Source of the DNA: Anaeramoeba ignava BMAN | Lineage: Eukaryota; Protista; Anaeramoebae | NCBI GenBank assembly: GCA_028826165.1 | Contig: JAPDFW010000063.1 | Coordinates: forward strand, 1,116,001-1,180,000 | Length of the DNA: 64,000 nucleotides | Direction of reading: 5' to 3' | Shown: positions 21,933-33,990 of the stretch, piece by piece | Position numbering within the stretch: position 1 is the stretch's first letter | Layout of the letters: every line of letters starts with the position of its first letter | The notes under the pieces: model-generated | Database searches by the model: none | Told to the model about the DNA's origin: nothing | The model's input: only the letters and a program-made list of their open reading frames with translations | Program-made: the position numbers and the translations under genes

Positions 21933-23003
21933 ATGAAAAAAACTCATAAACAAATCCCTCAACCAATTAGAGTTTATCGTGGACATTCGGAATCAATATC
22001 TTCTGTGAGATTCATTTCTGATAATACTATTTTTGCTTCTGGTTCAAATGATGGAGAAATTCGGATCTGGAAATCACAATCAAATCAATTAGTTTCAATA
22101 ATCAATTCAAATTCCAAAAAAGGAATTCTTCACATAGAGAAAATTGATTCTTCATCTTTTGCAACCCAGAGTCGTGATGGGGTTATTAAATTATGGAACT
22201 GCGAAAATTCGGATTTTATTTCCAATTTTGAATTTCAAACAAATTCCAAATTTTCCTTTTGTAAATTTTCTTTATCACTTGATTTTTCCTCATTAGCAAT
22301 TCCTAGTGAAAATCCGGATGAGATTGAATTATTTGATTTCAAATCAGGAAAAAAAATTTCAAAAATGCAAACAGAAAAAAGTGGAATGTGTATGACTTTA
22401 GGATTTTTGAAAGACCAACTTTTTGCTGGTTTTGAAAACGGGAAATTATATGGTTTTGACACAAGAATGCTTTCAGAGGATTTCATTCAACCTGTTTCTT
22501 CTTTATCTTGTTTTGAACAACCTTTTCTTAGTTTGGCCATTTCTCAAAAATATGAAACAATATTTACTGGTTCAGTTGATCCAAAATTTTTGCTAGTTCA
22601 AGTTTCTTCTGAAAATATTTCTCAAAAGGATCCATTTTCAGATGAAAAAGGAGGTTTGATTTTAAAAGATGAAATTCAACTTGGACATGAAGGAACTTCA
22701 GAAATTTGTTTAAGAAATGATGATCAAATTTTTGCTTTTTGTGGATGGGATAAAAGGTAAAAAAAAAAAAGAGAATTTTTTTAACATTTTATAAACATTT
22801 TTTTAAATATTTTTTTTTTGATTAGAATTCGAGTTTTTCAATTTAAAAACAAAACTCCCAAACCTTTAGCAATTTTAAAATTTCATACAGAAACTGTTAA
22901 TTCAATACATTTTTCAGAAGATCTTTTGAATGGATATCTTCTTGCTGGTTCAAAAGATAAAAAAATTACACTTTGGCAACTTTATCCAAAAAGAAAGAAA
23001 TAA
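21933..23003 (+). CDS. GNB1L: WD40 protein GNB1L/Asa1-like, 2 exons (21933-22756, 22826-23003)
   Basis: WD repeats plus C-terminal [45 protein letters not shown], characteristic of GNB1L/Asa1. One GT-AG intron. Confidence 0.8.
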
Positions 23004-23228
23004 AAAAATTGTTTAAAATTTTATTAAAATCTTTTTTTTTTTTTTTAATTTTGTTTTTATTGATTTGAGTCATCAAAAAAAAATTGATTTGATTTGATGA
23101 AAAAAATTTGATTTGATTTGATGAAAAAAAATTGATTTGAATTGAGTCATCAAAAATTGATTTGATTTGATGAAAAAAATTTGAATTGATTTGAATTGAT
23201 TTGAAAAAGATTTGATTTGATTTGAAAT

Positions 23229-23956
23229 TTAGCAAGGAACAAAAGGATAATTTGCTCCATAAACATCTTCCAAATGAGAATCTGACCAAATACCAACTTG
23301 AGTAACATTTCTCCAAGCCATTGCTGAAAATTGAAGAGTATAAGCATCATAACCCAAAAGATTTAAAATAGCAGTACTTTGAGAAGCAGTATGACCAGTA
23401 TAACAATAAACACTAAATAAAAGGAAAATAAAAAGAAAATTTTAAGTTTAAAAAAGACCCCCCAAAAAAAAAATAAATAAGTGGATAAAAATTTAAATTA
23501 AAAATCTTATTTAAAATTTAAATTAAAAATCTTATTTAAAAATTTAAATTAAAATCTTATTTAAAAATCTTATTTAAAAATTTAAATTAAAAATCTTATT
23601 TTAAAATTTTTATTTTACAGAATTGTTTTGTCAGTTGGAAGTTTTGCTAAACTTGAATTGGCTGCAATTGTGTGAAAAGGAATATTAATTGCATTTGCAA
23701 TATGACCTGAACAATAATCAGCTGGACTTCTAATATCAACAATGAAATAATCTTCTAAATCTGGATAAACTGTATCTGCCATCAATCCATGATACGGTTT
23801 TGCTAGAAATTCTTCAGCATATTTTTGTATAATTGCAAAATCATATGGTGGAATTACTTTTGTTGATGGGATTGGCTTTTTTGGATATGCTTGTTCTTGA
23901 ACCATTCCATAACTGAAAACAATTAAAAATGAAATTAAAATTAAAATTTGTTTCAT
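23229..23956 (-). CDS. Secreted single-domain rhodanese (sulfurtransferase), 2 exons (23956-23619, 23412-23229), 173 aa
   Basis: Signal peptide MKQILILISFLIVFSYG; IVDIRSPADYCSGHIANAINIP; active-site loop VYCYTGHTASQ..LNLLGY across GT-AG intron 23413-23618. Confidence 0.9.
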
Positions 23957-24299
23957 TTTTTGTTTTTGTAAATTCTCAAAAAAAAAAACAAAAGAAAAAT
24001 GAAAAAATAAAAAATAAAAAATTAAAAAATATTTTTTAGATTTTGAAAAAGGAAAAGGAAAAGAATTCAAACAAAAAGAAGTTCATTTAAAAAGAAATTG
24101 AAAAAAAAAATATTTTTTTTTTGCCTGAAAAATAAAATCATCAACTCCTAATTCAAAAAAAAAGTGGAAAAAAAAAAGTGGAAGGAAAAATAAAAAGGAA
24201 AAATAAAAAAGAAAAAAGAAAAAAGAAAAAGCGACAATCAAGGTCACAAGAAGTAAAGAAATTAAGAAACGAGAAAAATAAATGAAGAAGAAAGAAAAA

Positions 24300-24866
24300 T
24301 TATAAAAGAATACACCTTTTCTTTTTTGGACGAGGTCTATCTCTCGTATTAGAAAGACCACCACCAGATCCTTGAATTTCTCTTGCGATCATAAAAAATA
24401 TTTCTTCGACATTAACACGCAATTTTGCTGAAGTTTCGACATATTGACATTTAATTGACTTTGCATATTTTTGGGCATCTTTAGTTGGAACTTGACGTTG
24501 CTTTTCAAGGTCAGATTTGTTTCCGACAAGAACAACCGGAATTTTGTCATTTTCTTTTGCTTTATGAATTTGGTCGACAAATTTTGGAATTTCTTCAAAA
24601 GACTCTCTACTTGTAATTGAAAACACAACAAGAAAACCGTCACCTGAACGTAAATGAGTGTCTCTAATGACAGCATATTCTTCTTGTCCGGCAGTGTCCA
24701 AAATGTCAAGTATATGAACTTCATTGTCAATTTCTACTTGTCTTCGGTATGAATCTTCTATTGTTGCTTCGTAAACTTCTATGAATTTGGAATGCACAAA
24801 TTGTATTGTTAGTGCAGATTTTCCTACTCCTCCTCCTCCTACTATTACTATTTTAAAATTCGGCAT
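24300..24866 (-). CDS. Ras-family small GTPase
   Basis: GGGGVGKS, TIEDSY, DTAGQEEY, NKSD and ETSAK motifs, polybasic tail, CAAX box CILL. Confidence 0.95.
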   Translation of the reverse strand: MPNFKIVIVGGGGVGKSALTIQFVHSKFIEVYEATIEDSYRRQVEIDNEVHILDILDTAGQEEYAVIRDTHLRSGDGFLVVFSITSRESFEEIPKFVDQIHKAKENDKIPVVLVGNKSDLEKQRQVPTKDAQKYAKSIKCQYVETSAKLRVNVEEIFFMIAREIQGSGGGLSNTRDRPRPKKKRCILL

Positions 24867-25137
24867 CTTTTTGATTAATTTTTCACTTGTTTTTTTTTAT
24901 TTAAATAATTTGTTTTATTTTAAATATTTTGTTTTATTTTTAATAATTTTTTTTTTTTGGTTTTTGTTTGCAGAATTTAATTCAAAAAATTTTTTTGTTG
25001 TTTGATTTGTTTTGAGAGTTGGATTTCACAAAAGAAAAATTAATAAAACAAAAAAAAAAGAAAAAAATGAAAAAAAAAATTATTCAAAAAATTTTTTATC
25101 TTTCTTCTTTTTTTGAGAACAGTTTTATTTTATCTTT

Positions 25138-25173
<36 letters not shown>

Positions 25174-25317
25174 TTAAAATAAAATTTTCATCAATAAAAA
25201 GAAAAATTTTTTCAAATTGTTTTTTCAAATTATTTTTTTTAAAAATATAATTATTATAAATTGATTAAAAAAAAAAAAAAGAAAAAGAAAAAGAAAATAG
25301 AAGAAATAAAAAGGAAA

Positions 25318-26586
25318 TTAGAAATTAATTTTGCGACTATTTTTGCGAGTTTTTCTTGCTCTCTTTGGAAAATGATTTGAATTATCAGTTTGTTCATTTT
25401 CTTGTTCAAAATGAACAGATTCAAAAAATGATTGAGTATGAGACAATTCATCATTTAATTGCCTATCAAACTCTTCCAAAAGAGCAGAAGTATTTGCAGC
25501 AATATCCTTGACACCAGGATTTACATGAGTATTTTGTTGGGGATTTGCCAGTCCTAGTATCTCAGCAAGTTGTTCATTATACATTCTTAAAGTATGAATC
25601 GAGTGTCCGACCCATTCAAGGAAAGTTAAATGCGTGTTTGTTCTATAAATCATTTGCTGCCGTGATTCAGAAAGATCTCTCTGTAACCTCCCGATTTCGA
25701 TTTCCTGGAATTTCATTAATGTTTGTTTTGGTGTTCGTGAGTTTTGATTAGCAAACCATCGAACTACTCGTTTTTTATCCCATCCAATTTCTCGCACAAT
25801 TTCATCAATTTCTTCCGCATTAGGCTTTTGATTCATAATGAAGAATTGTCTTAGATATTCTTTTTCCGATCGAGTAGATATTCTTCTTCTTGTTGAATGC
25901 GAATTTTTTTTTTCTTCTTCTTTTTCATTTTCATTTTCATTTTCATTTTGATTTTTTTTCTTTTTTTTTTTCTTTTTTTTCTTTTTTTGTTTTTCAATTT
26001 CATTTTGAATTTGATTTACAATTTCATTTTCATTTTGAATTTCATTTTCATTTTCATTTCCAATTTGATTTTCAATTTCATTTTGAATTTGATTTACAAT
26101 TTCATTTTGAATTTGATTTACAATTTCATTTTCCATTAAAATTTCATTTTCATTTTGATTTTCATTTTCAAATTGATTTTCAAATTGATTTTGATTTATA
26201 TTTATAATTTCATTTTCTTCAAAATTTTCTTTTTTTTTTAAATATTTTTCTTCTTGATTTTGGTTAAATTTATCTCGATAATTTTCTTCCTCTTTTGGCA
26301 TTGATATTTTTTGACTTGAAACTTTTTGAGAAATATCATGTATTTGTCGATTTTTTGGCTTTGATTTTGGCTTTGATGTTATTTGAGAGTAAGTAGATTT
26401 TGATATTTTTGAGACATTGATAGGTTGTGGTTCATTTAATATTGATTCCATTTCTTCAAAATTGGTATCTTCTTCGTTTGTTGGAGTTTGTGTTGGAGTT
26501 GGACATTTAGAATAACTATCTGAAGATAATTTATCAATTATTTCATTTTCATTTAATAAAATACCTTTTATTTCCAAGTAATCCAT
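25318..26586 (-). CDS. Homeodomain protein with downstream coiled coil
   Basis: RRRISTRSEKEYLRQFF..KPNAEEIDEIVREIGWDKKRVVRWFANQNSR. First ATG is at 26586 (MDYLEIK). Confidence 0.8.
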   Translation of the reverse strand: MDYLEIKGILLNENEIIDKLSSDSYSKCPTPTQTPTNEEDTNFEEMESILNEPQPINVSKISKSTYSQITSKPKSKPKNRQIHDISQKVSSQKISMPKEEENYRDKFNQNQEEKYLKKKENFEENEIININQNQFENQFENENQNENEILMENEIVNQIQNEIVNQIQNEIENQIGNENENEIQNENEIVNQIQNEIEKQKKKKKKKKKKKNQNENENENEKEEEKKNSHSTRRRISTRSEKEYLRQFFIMNQKPNAEEIDEIVREIGWDKKRVVRWFANQNSRTPKQTLMKFQEIEIGRLQRDLSESRQQMIYRTNTHLTFLEWVGHSIHTLRMYNEQLAEILGLANPQQNTHVNPGVKDIAANTSALLEEFDRQLNDELSHTQSFFESVHFEQENEQTDNSNHFPKRARKTRKNSRKINF

Positions 26587-26854
26587 TTTAAAAAATAAAA
26601 ATAAAAATAAAAATAAAAAATAAAAACAGAAATAAGAAAACAAATTAAAAAACAAAAGAGAAAGAAAAAAATGAAAAAAAAAAAAATGAAAAAAAAAATT
26701 TATTAAAGATTTTTGTTATTTTATTCAATTTTTTGATAAAAATAAATCATAAAAAAAAAAAGGAAAAAAAATTAAAAAAAGAAAAAGAAGAAAAAAAAAT
26801 TTTAATTTCATTTTTCTTTTTTCATTTTCTTTTTATTTAATTACTTAATTCAAA

Positions 26855-28602
26855 ATGGATACTTTATATTGTGTTGCAATTGAAGATAATATTTCAAGAG
26901 ATTCTAAATCACTTTCTTTTCAAAGAAATCAACGAATTGTTATTACCCGAATGTAAAAAATTTTGAAATCCATTTTTAAATTAAAATTCATTTTTAAATT
27001 CATTTTGAAATTGAAATTAATTTTTAAATTCATTTTTAAATTGAAATTCATTTTAAAATTGAAATTAATTTTGAAATTGAAATTCATTTTTAAATTGAAA
27101 TTCATTTTTAAATTGAAATTCATTTTTAAATTGAAATTTATTTTGAAATTAAAATTAATTTTTAAATTAAAATTCATTTTGAAATTTGAAATTAATTTTT
27201 AAATTCATTTTTAAATTGAAATTAATTTTGAAATTGAAATTCATTTTTAAATTGAAATTCATTTTTAAATTGAAATTAATTTTTAAATTGAAATTAATTT
27301 TTAAATTGAAATTCATTTTTAAATTGAAATTCATTTTTAAATTGAAATTAATTTTTAAATTGAAATTCATTTTGAAATTGAAATTCATTTTTAAATTGAA
27401 ATTCATTTTGAAATTGAAATTCATTTTTAAATTCATTTTGAAATTGAAATTTGAAATTTATTTTAAAATTCATTTTTAAATTGAAATTCATTTTGAAATT
27501 GAAATTCATTTTTAAATTGAAATTAATTTTTAAATTCATTTTTAAATTAAAATTAATTTTGAAATTGAAATTCATTTTTAAATTGAAATTCATTTTTAAA
27601 TTAATTTTGAAATTCATTTTTAAATTAAAATTTATTTTAAAATTGAAATTCATTTTGAAATTGAAATTCATTTTGAAATTGAAATTTGAAATTTAAATTT
27701 AAAATTAAAATAGTGAAAATAATGGATGGTATCAAGGAGTTTCAAATGGAGAAGTTGGTACTTTTCATTCTTCAAAAGTACGTTTAATAACATCAACTTT
27801 AAAAGACACAGAAACAAATCAGTTACAACAGCAACAACAACAAACATTAGTACCACCAATAAAACCATTAACATCAAAAACAAGCAATCTTAGTTTAAAT
27901 ACAACTACAACTGAAAACACAAACGAAAAACCAAGTCAAAATTCACCAAATCCAGAAAATTCAAAAATGGAATTTTTTGGATTTAAATTACGTTCTCCAT
28001 CAACACTTGGTTCTTTTAATACAACAAACGTTCCACAAAGAGAAATTAAAAATAATTCAAATCGAAAAGAAAATCCTATTGAAAAACTTCTTAAACCTGA
28101 TAAAAATGAAAATCAAAATGAAAATGAAAATGAAAATCAAAATGAAAATCAAAATGAAAATGAAAATCAAAATGAAATTGAAGATGATGAAGATGTTCAA
28201 CCTTTTCAAAATTTAGAGCAGCTTATGAACAAGATGACAATAACAAATGAAAATAAAACAAAACAAAATGAAAATCAAGAAATAACAAATGACAATCAAC
28301 CAAAAGAAAAAGAAAAAGAAAAAGAAAAAGAAAAAGAAGCAAAAATTTCAACTAACCAATCTCAAAAAAATCCTTCAAATCCAAAAATACAATCCGTTAC
28401 TCAAAAAAGAATTAATCCTTCTTTAACTCCTCAATGGGAAAGACTTGCTAATTTGCAACTTGATGTTGAAAGTGAAAAAGAAAGATGTTCCACTTTAAAT
28501 AATGATATTACTTCTCAAGAACAATTTTTAGTCTCTTTTTCTCAACAAATCAATTCTCATCTTGAAAAATTATCCCGAATCAAAACTTATTTAAATCAAT
28601 GA
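26855..28602 (+). CDS. SH3-domain protein with C-terminal coiled coil, 2 exons (26855-26952, 27714-28602)
   Basis: Spliced N-terminus MDTLYCVAIEDNISRDSKSLSFQRNQRIVITRIENNGWYQGVSNGEVGTFHSSKVRLI is SH3-like and in frame with ORF 27967..28602. Confidence 0.8.
26960..27705. repeat. 18-bp repeat (AAATTCATTTTTAAATTG)n filling the SH3-gene intron (26953-27713)
   Basis: Visible array between a GTAAAA donor and an AAATAG acceptor. Confidence 0.9.
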
Positions 28603-28833
28603 AAAAAAAACAACAAGAACAAAAGAAAAAACAAATTTTTTTTTACTGAATTTTTGAAACTTAATTTTGCGTTGTAAACGAATATTTTTTTTTTGAAATG
28701 TTTCTTTCTTTTTCTTTTTAACAAATTCCAAAAATCCATTTTCCAAAAAATAATTTCAATCAAAGTCATTTTATATTTTTTATTTTTTTATTTTTTTTTT
28801 AAAAATCCTAATTTTTTCTTTTTCTTTTTAAAA

Positions 28834-29895
28834 ATGGAAATTGATATTGAAAATTTTAAATTAATTCAAACTATTTTTTCTTTTCAAAAAGAGTTTTCAA
28901 AATTAAAAAATAAATTAATTGAGAAAGAATGGATTTTTGAACAAAAATTAATTGAAGAATTTAAAATAATTCAAGTAAAAAAAAATAAAAAAAAATTTAA
29001 TTTCTTTTTCATTTTTTTTTATTTTCATTTTTTCTTTTTTAATTAGAATTATGAAGAACAAATCCAAGAAATAAATCAAGAATATCAAAAACAAAAACAA
29101 ACAATTCAAGCAACACTTTCTAAAAAACTTGAAGAATATCAAAAAATAATGAAAATAAAAATTTCTGAATTTGAAAAAGAACAAAAAAAAACACTTGAAA
29201 AACATCAACAAAAAATTAACAAAATTCAGAAAGAAATTGAAAATTACACAAAAAATATAAAGCAAGAAATTTCAGGAAATTTATTTCATTTTGAAAATGA
29301 ATTAGAATCAAAATATTCAGAAATAATTTCCAAACAAAAAGAATTTTCTGATGATTCAAATATAGAAATTCAAACATCAATTATTGAGAATGAAGAGTCA
29401 AAAAACAAGCACATTCAAGAAATAATTATTTCACATAAAAATTCAATGAAAAATGCCAAAAAATTCTTTCTTCATGTTATTCAAAATGAATTGGAAATGA
29501 TTTCAAAAATATCAAATCAACTTGAAAATTTCAAAATCAATTTCAAACAATCTCAAAAATTAATTTTAAAACTGCAACTTCAAAAAATGCAATCTCATCA
29601 AGAAGAATTAAAATCACAAGTTCATTCTCTTCAAAAAGATTTTGATGATTTTCAAAAATTAAACCAAAAATTAAATCACTTGAAAAATGATAACTCTAAT
29701 CAAAATGAAAAAATTCAGCAAGTTGAATTGAAAAATGAAAAATTAATCGAAAAATTATCAAAATTGAATCAAAAGAATGTTTTTCTTGAAAATCTTTTTA
29801 ATCAAAAAATCCAAGAATTAACTGAAATTTCTTATTCAAAAATTAATACTTTAGAACAAGTTTTTAATCGTTTACAAGCTTCTAGAATAGATTAA
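28834..29895 (+). CDS. Coiled-coil protein resembling divergent DRC4/GAS8, 2 exons (28834-28974, 29047-29895)
   Basis: In-frame GT-AG intron. ENEESKNKHIQEIIISH..FF..IQNELEMISKI and FNQKIQEL..SKINTLE echo GAS8 EERKN..H..YY..NNLALI and F..IQEVQQK..KN..LE. Confidence 0.55.
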
Positions 29896-29915
29896 ATTTT
29901 ACATAAAAAATAATT

Positions 29916-31305
29916 AAATAAAAATATATTAATAAACATTAGAAATTAAATATTTTAAAACTTATAAATTAAATTAATAAATAATAAATTGGGAAATATT
30001 TAGATTTTAATTTATTTTTAAATATAAAAATATATTAATAAACATTAGAAATTAAATAAAATATATATTTTAAAACTGATCACTTTTTATTTATTAATTT
30101 TATTTTATTTAGATTTAATAATTAAATTAATAAATAATAAATTGGAAAATATTTAGATTTTGATTTATTTTTAAATATAAAAATATATTAATAAACATTA
30201 GAAATTAAATAAAATATATATTTTAAAATTGATCACTTTTTTTTATTTATTAATTTTTATTTTATTTAGATTTAATAATTAAATTAATAAATAATAAATT
30301 GGGAAATATTTAGATTTTAATTTATTTTTAAATATAAAAATATATTAATAAACATTAGAAATTAAATAAAATATATATTTTAAAACTGATTACTTTTTAT
30401 TTATTAATTTTATTTTATTTAGATTTAATAATTAAATTAATAAATAATAAATTGGGAAATATTTAGATTTTAATTTATTTTTAAATATAAAAATATATTA
30501 ATAAACATTAGAAATTAAATAAAATATATATTTTAAAACTGATTAATTTTTATTTATTAATTTTATTTTATTTAGATTTAATAAATAAATTAATAAATAA
30601 TAAATTGGGAAATATTTAGATTTTAATTTATTTTTAAATATAAAAATATATTAATAAACATTGAAAATTAAATAAAATATATATTATAAAACTGATCACT
30701 TTTTATTTATTAATTTTATTTTATTTAGATTTAATAAATAAATTAATAAATAATAAATTGAAAATATTTAGATATTAATTTATTTTTAAATATAAAAATA
30801 TATTAATAAATATTAGAAATTAAATAAAATATATATTTTAAAATTGATTACTTTTTATTTATTAATTTTATTTTATTTAGATTTAATAAATAAATTAATA
30901 AATAATAAATTGGGAAATATTTAGATTTTTAATTTATTTTTAAATATAAAAATATATTAATAAACAATAGAAATTAAATAAAATATATATTTTAAAACTG
31001 ATTAATTTTTATTTATTAATTTTATTTTATTTAGATTTAATAAATAAATTAATAAATAATAAATTGGGAAATATTTAGATTTTAATTTATTTTTAAATAT
31101 AAAAATATATTAATAAACATTAGAAATTAAATAAAATATATATTTTAAAACTGATTACTTTTTATTTATTAATTTTATTTTATTTAGATTTAATAATTAA
31201 ATTAATAAATAATAAATTGGGAAATATTTAGATTTTAATTTATTTTTAAATATAAAAATATATTAATAAATATTAGAAATTAAATAAAATATATATTTTA
31301 AAACT
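29916..31305. repeat. About 153-bp tandem satellite, about 9 copies
   Basis: The landmark G(G)GAAATATTTAGAT recurs near 29991, 30143, 30301, 30454, 30607, 30760, 30912, 31066 and 31219. Confidence 0.95.
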
Positions 31306-31744
31306 ATCTTAATTTGTAATTACGAAATTCCAAAAAGATCAATTAATCAAAAAAAAAAAAAAAAGTATCCCCAAATAAAAATTTTTAATTAAATTTAATT
31401 AAGATTTTAAATTGGATTATTTAAATAAATTTTTAATCCCTTTTTTAATTTAATTTTATTTTTGTTTATTTTAAATTAAAAAAGAAAAAAAATTTTTTTT
31501 TATTTAATTTTTAATGACGTAATAAAAAAAAAAAAATAAAAATACATAATTTTCATTATTAAAAAAATGAGAAAGAAAAAAAAAAAAGTTTAAAAGAAGA
31601 TCGATCAAAAAAAAAACGTTTTTATTTTTCTTTTTACATTTTTTAAATATTTTTTTTATTATTATTATTATTATAATTAATTTTTTTTTTTTTTTTAATT
31701 AATTTAATAAAATTATTTTATTAAACAAAATTCATAGTTTAAAA

Positions 31745-32673
31745 ATGATGTATTCCAAAACATTTGATTCAATTAATTCATTTAATCCTTATAATTCACC
31801 TCAATTATCCAATTATGCTTATCCTGACAATCAATCAAATTATTTCGAACCAATTTTTTCAGAAAATATCGATTACAAAATTGCAAAAAAAGAAAATGAT
31901 ATTCAATACACAAAAGAATTTGGAATGAAACTAAATGAAAATGAAGAAAAACAAAAAGAAGATTTTTCACAAGAAGATGATCTAATTTTATCACCAACAA
32001 AATCTCCTTTTTTACAACCTTCATCAGTTACTCCAAGTTTAAATGATAACCAAATTTATTCACCAATTCATTCAAGTCCAAAACAACAATCTCAATTAAA
32101 TTCAAATTCTTTTGATCGACGAAAAAATCCCCTTCCAAATGAAACTTTTATTCAAGATGATTTGTATAAAACTGAATTATGTCGTTCATGGGAAGAAACT
32201 GGAACATGTAAGTTTGGAGATTCTTGTAGATTTGCACATGGAAAATCTGAATTAAGGTAAATATTTTTTAAAATCTAATCATAAAAATCTAATTGACATG
32301 ACAAATAATAAAATCTAATCATATAAAAATCTAATTAACATGACAAATAATATAATCTAATCATAAAATCTAATTAACATGACAACTAATAAAATCTAAT
32401 TAAAAAAAATTTTCACATTTAAATTTATACTAATCATTATTCCCCCTCTTTTTTTTAACCCCTTTTTATTTTAGATCAAAACCAAGACATCCGAAATACA
32501 AAACTCAAATTTGTAAAGCTTTTCATACTACTGGTTTTTGTCCTTATGGTAAAAGATGTAGATTTATTCATTATAATCTTCCTCAAAAAAAACAAATTGA
32601 TTCTCTTGATTTTCAAAATTTCTTTTCCAAAAGACTTACAAGAAGATTAAAAGTTTTTTCCACATTTGCTTAA
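31745..32673 (+). CDS. TIS11/ZFP36 (tristetraprolin-family) tandem CCCH zinc-finger protein, 2 exons (31745-32256, 32475-32673)
   Basis: [29 protein letters not shown] and [29 protein letters not shown]; C-terminal RRLKVF resembles the CNOT1-binding RLPIF motif. Confidence 0.92.
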
Positions 32674-32898
32674 AAACAAAAATTTTTCTTTTTTCTTTTT
32701 TCTTTTTTCTTTTTTCTTTGATTAATTCATTTTCATAACATTTTAATTTGTTGTTCTGCTTTTCTTTTTCTTTTTAAATTGTTTTCTACATTTAATCAAT
32801 AAAATGTCCAAAACCTTTAATTAATTAATCAATGTCAATTTTATTTCAATTTTATTTCAATTTTATTTTAATTTTATTTTTAATTTTTATTTTACAAA

Positions 32899-33951
32899 AT
32901 GCAAAAACAAATTATTCAAATTATAAAAGAAATAATTGAAGAAATTGATAAACAAATTAATCCAGAAATCGAATTAATCAAAAAAAACCAAAAAAACTTC
33001 AATCCATCAACATCAACTCTTTTAGTATCAGAATTATCAATTCAAAAAGGATATGAAAATCAAAGAAAACTAAGATCAAAAACAAATCAACTTTTAATCA
33101 AAATCAAAAAAAAGCAAAAAAAATTCTCAGATGTGATCAAAATTAGATCACAAACAATCAATGAAGAAACAAAGGAATTGTTGAACATAAAATTGGAAAA
33201 AAAGCGGGAGAAAATCAAAAAACTAACAAACGAACTTGCGAATCAATTGGATCAAGACTATGACACAAAAGAAAATGCAATTAAATTCCAAAACCAAAAA
33301 TTATTCCTTATAAATATTTTCCAGTCAATGATCCAATTCCAATCCACAAACAACACCAAATCTAACTTGAATATCAATGAAATTCCACAAGAGACAATTT
33401 GTCTGAAAAATATTCTTCAATTCATCCAAGAAAAAAAGAAAAAGCATGAAGAACTTTTGAACCAAATTGAGCAAAAATCAAAAAATCAAGATCAAATTAT
33501 CCAAATCCAAAAGAATTTTGTTTTGGAAGAAAAACAATTCCAAAGAAGTATTCAATCCAAAAAGCAAGAGGTTGATTTTCTACAAGATTCTCTGATAAAA
33601 AGTATTGAAAAAAATAAAGGATTGATTGAGTTTGAAAATGAAAATCAAAACGCAATAATTGAAGATGTAAAAAGAATGAATGATTTAGAATTGGAAATTT
33701 TAAACACAAAATTGAATAAGATTCAATTGTCTCTCCAAGAAGAAGATCGAGCCCATAATTTCTTCTTGAATTTTCTTGAAAATCAATTACATTTTTTCCA
33801 ACAAAAAACTGATTCTTTAATCACAAAATTTGAAAATGAAAATGATAAATATGAAAATGAATATAATGTTTTAATTGAAAAAGAAAAGAAGTTAAAAATA
33901 GAAACAGAAAAAGAAGAAGAAAAAATGATTTTTTTAAAAACAAAAATTTGA
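32899..33951 (+). CDS. Coiled-coil protein resembling divergent DRC9/IQCG
   Basis: QIIQIQKN, FQRSIQSK, QEEDRAHNFFLNFL and TKFENENDKYENEYNVL parallel IQCG QIISLQKQ, WQFEVQSQ, EEEARTH..FL and EKYDKD..NELNAL. No IQ motif seen. Confidence 0.5.
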   Translation: MQKQIIQIIKEIIEEIDKQINPEIELIKKNQKNFNPSTSTLLVSELSIQKGYENQRKLRSKTNQLLIKIKKKQKKFSDVIKIRSQTINEETKELLNIKLEKKREKIKKLTNELANQLDQDYDTKENAIKFQNQKLFLINIFQSMIQFQSTNNTKSNLNINEIPQETICLKNILQFIQEKKKKHEELLNQIEQKSKNQDQIIQIQKNFVLEEKQFQRSIQSKKQEVDFLQDSLIKSIEKNKGLIEFENENQNAIIEDVKRMNDLELEILNTKLNKIQLSLQEEDRAHNFFLNFLENQLHFFQQKTDSLITKFENENDKYENEYNVLIEKEKKLKIETEKEEEKMIFLKTKI

Positions 33952-33990
33952 AAAACAAAAATCATTTTTTTCATTTTATAAAAACAGAAA

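Noticed and set aside
24300-24866. Ras effector loop YEATIEDSY instead of YDPTIEDSY
   Set aside because: Within the normal variation of expanded protist Ras paralogs; the G-boxes are intact.
29916-31305. Possible CRISPR-like array
   Set aside because: Units are near-identical along their whole length with no unique spacers, there are no cas genes, and the context is eukaryotic.
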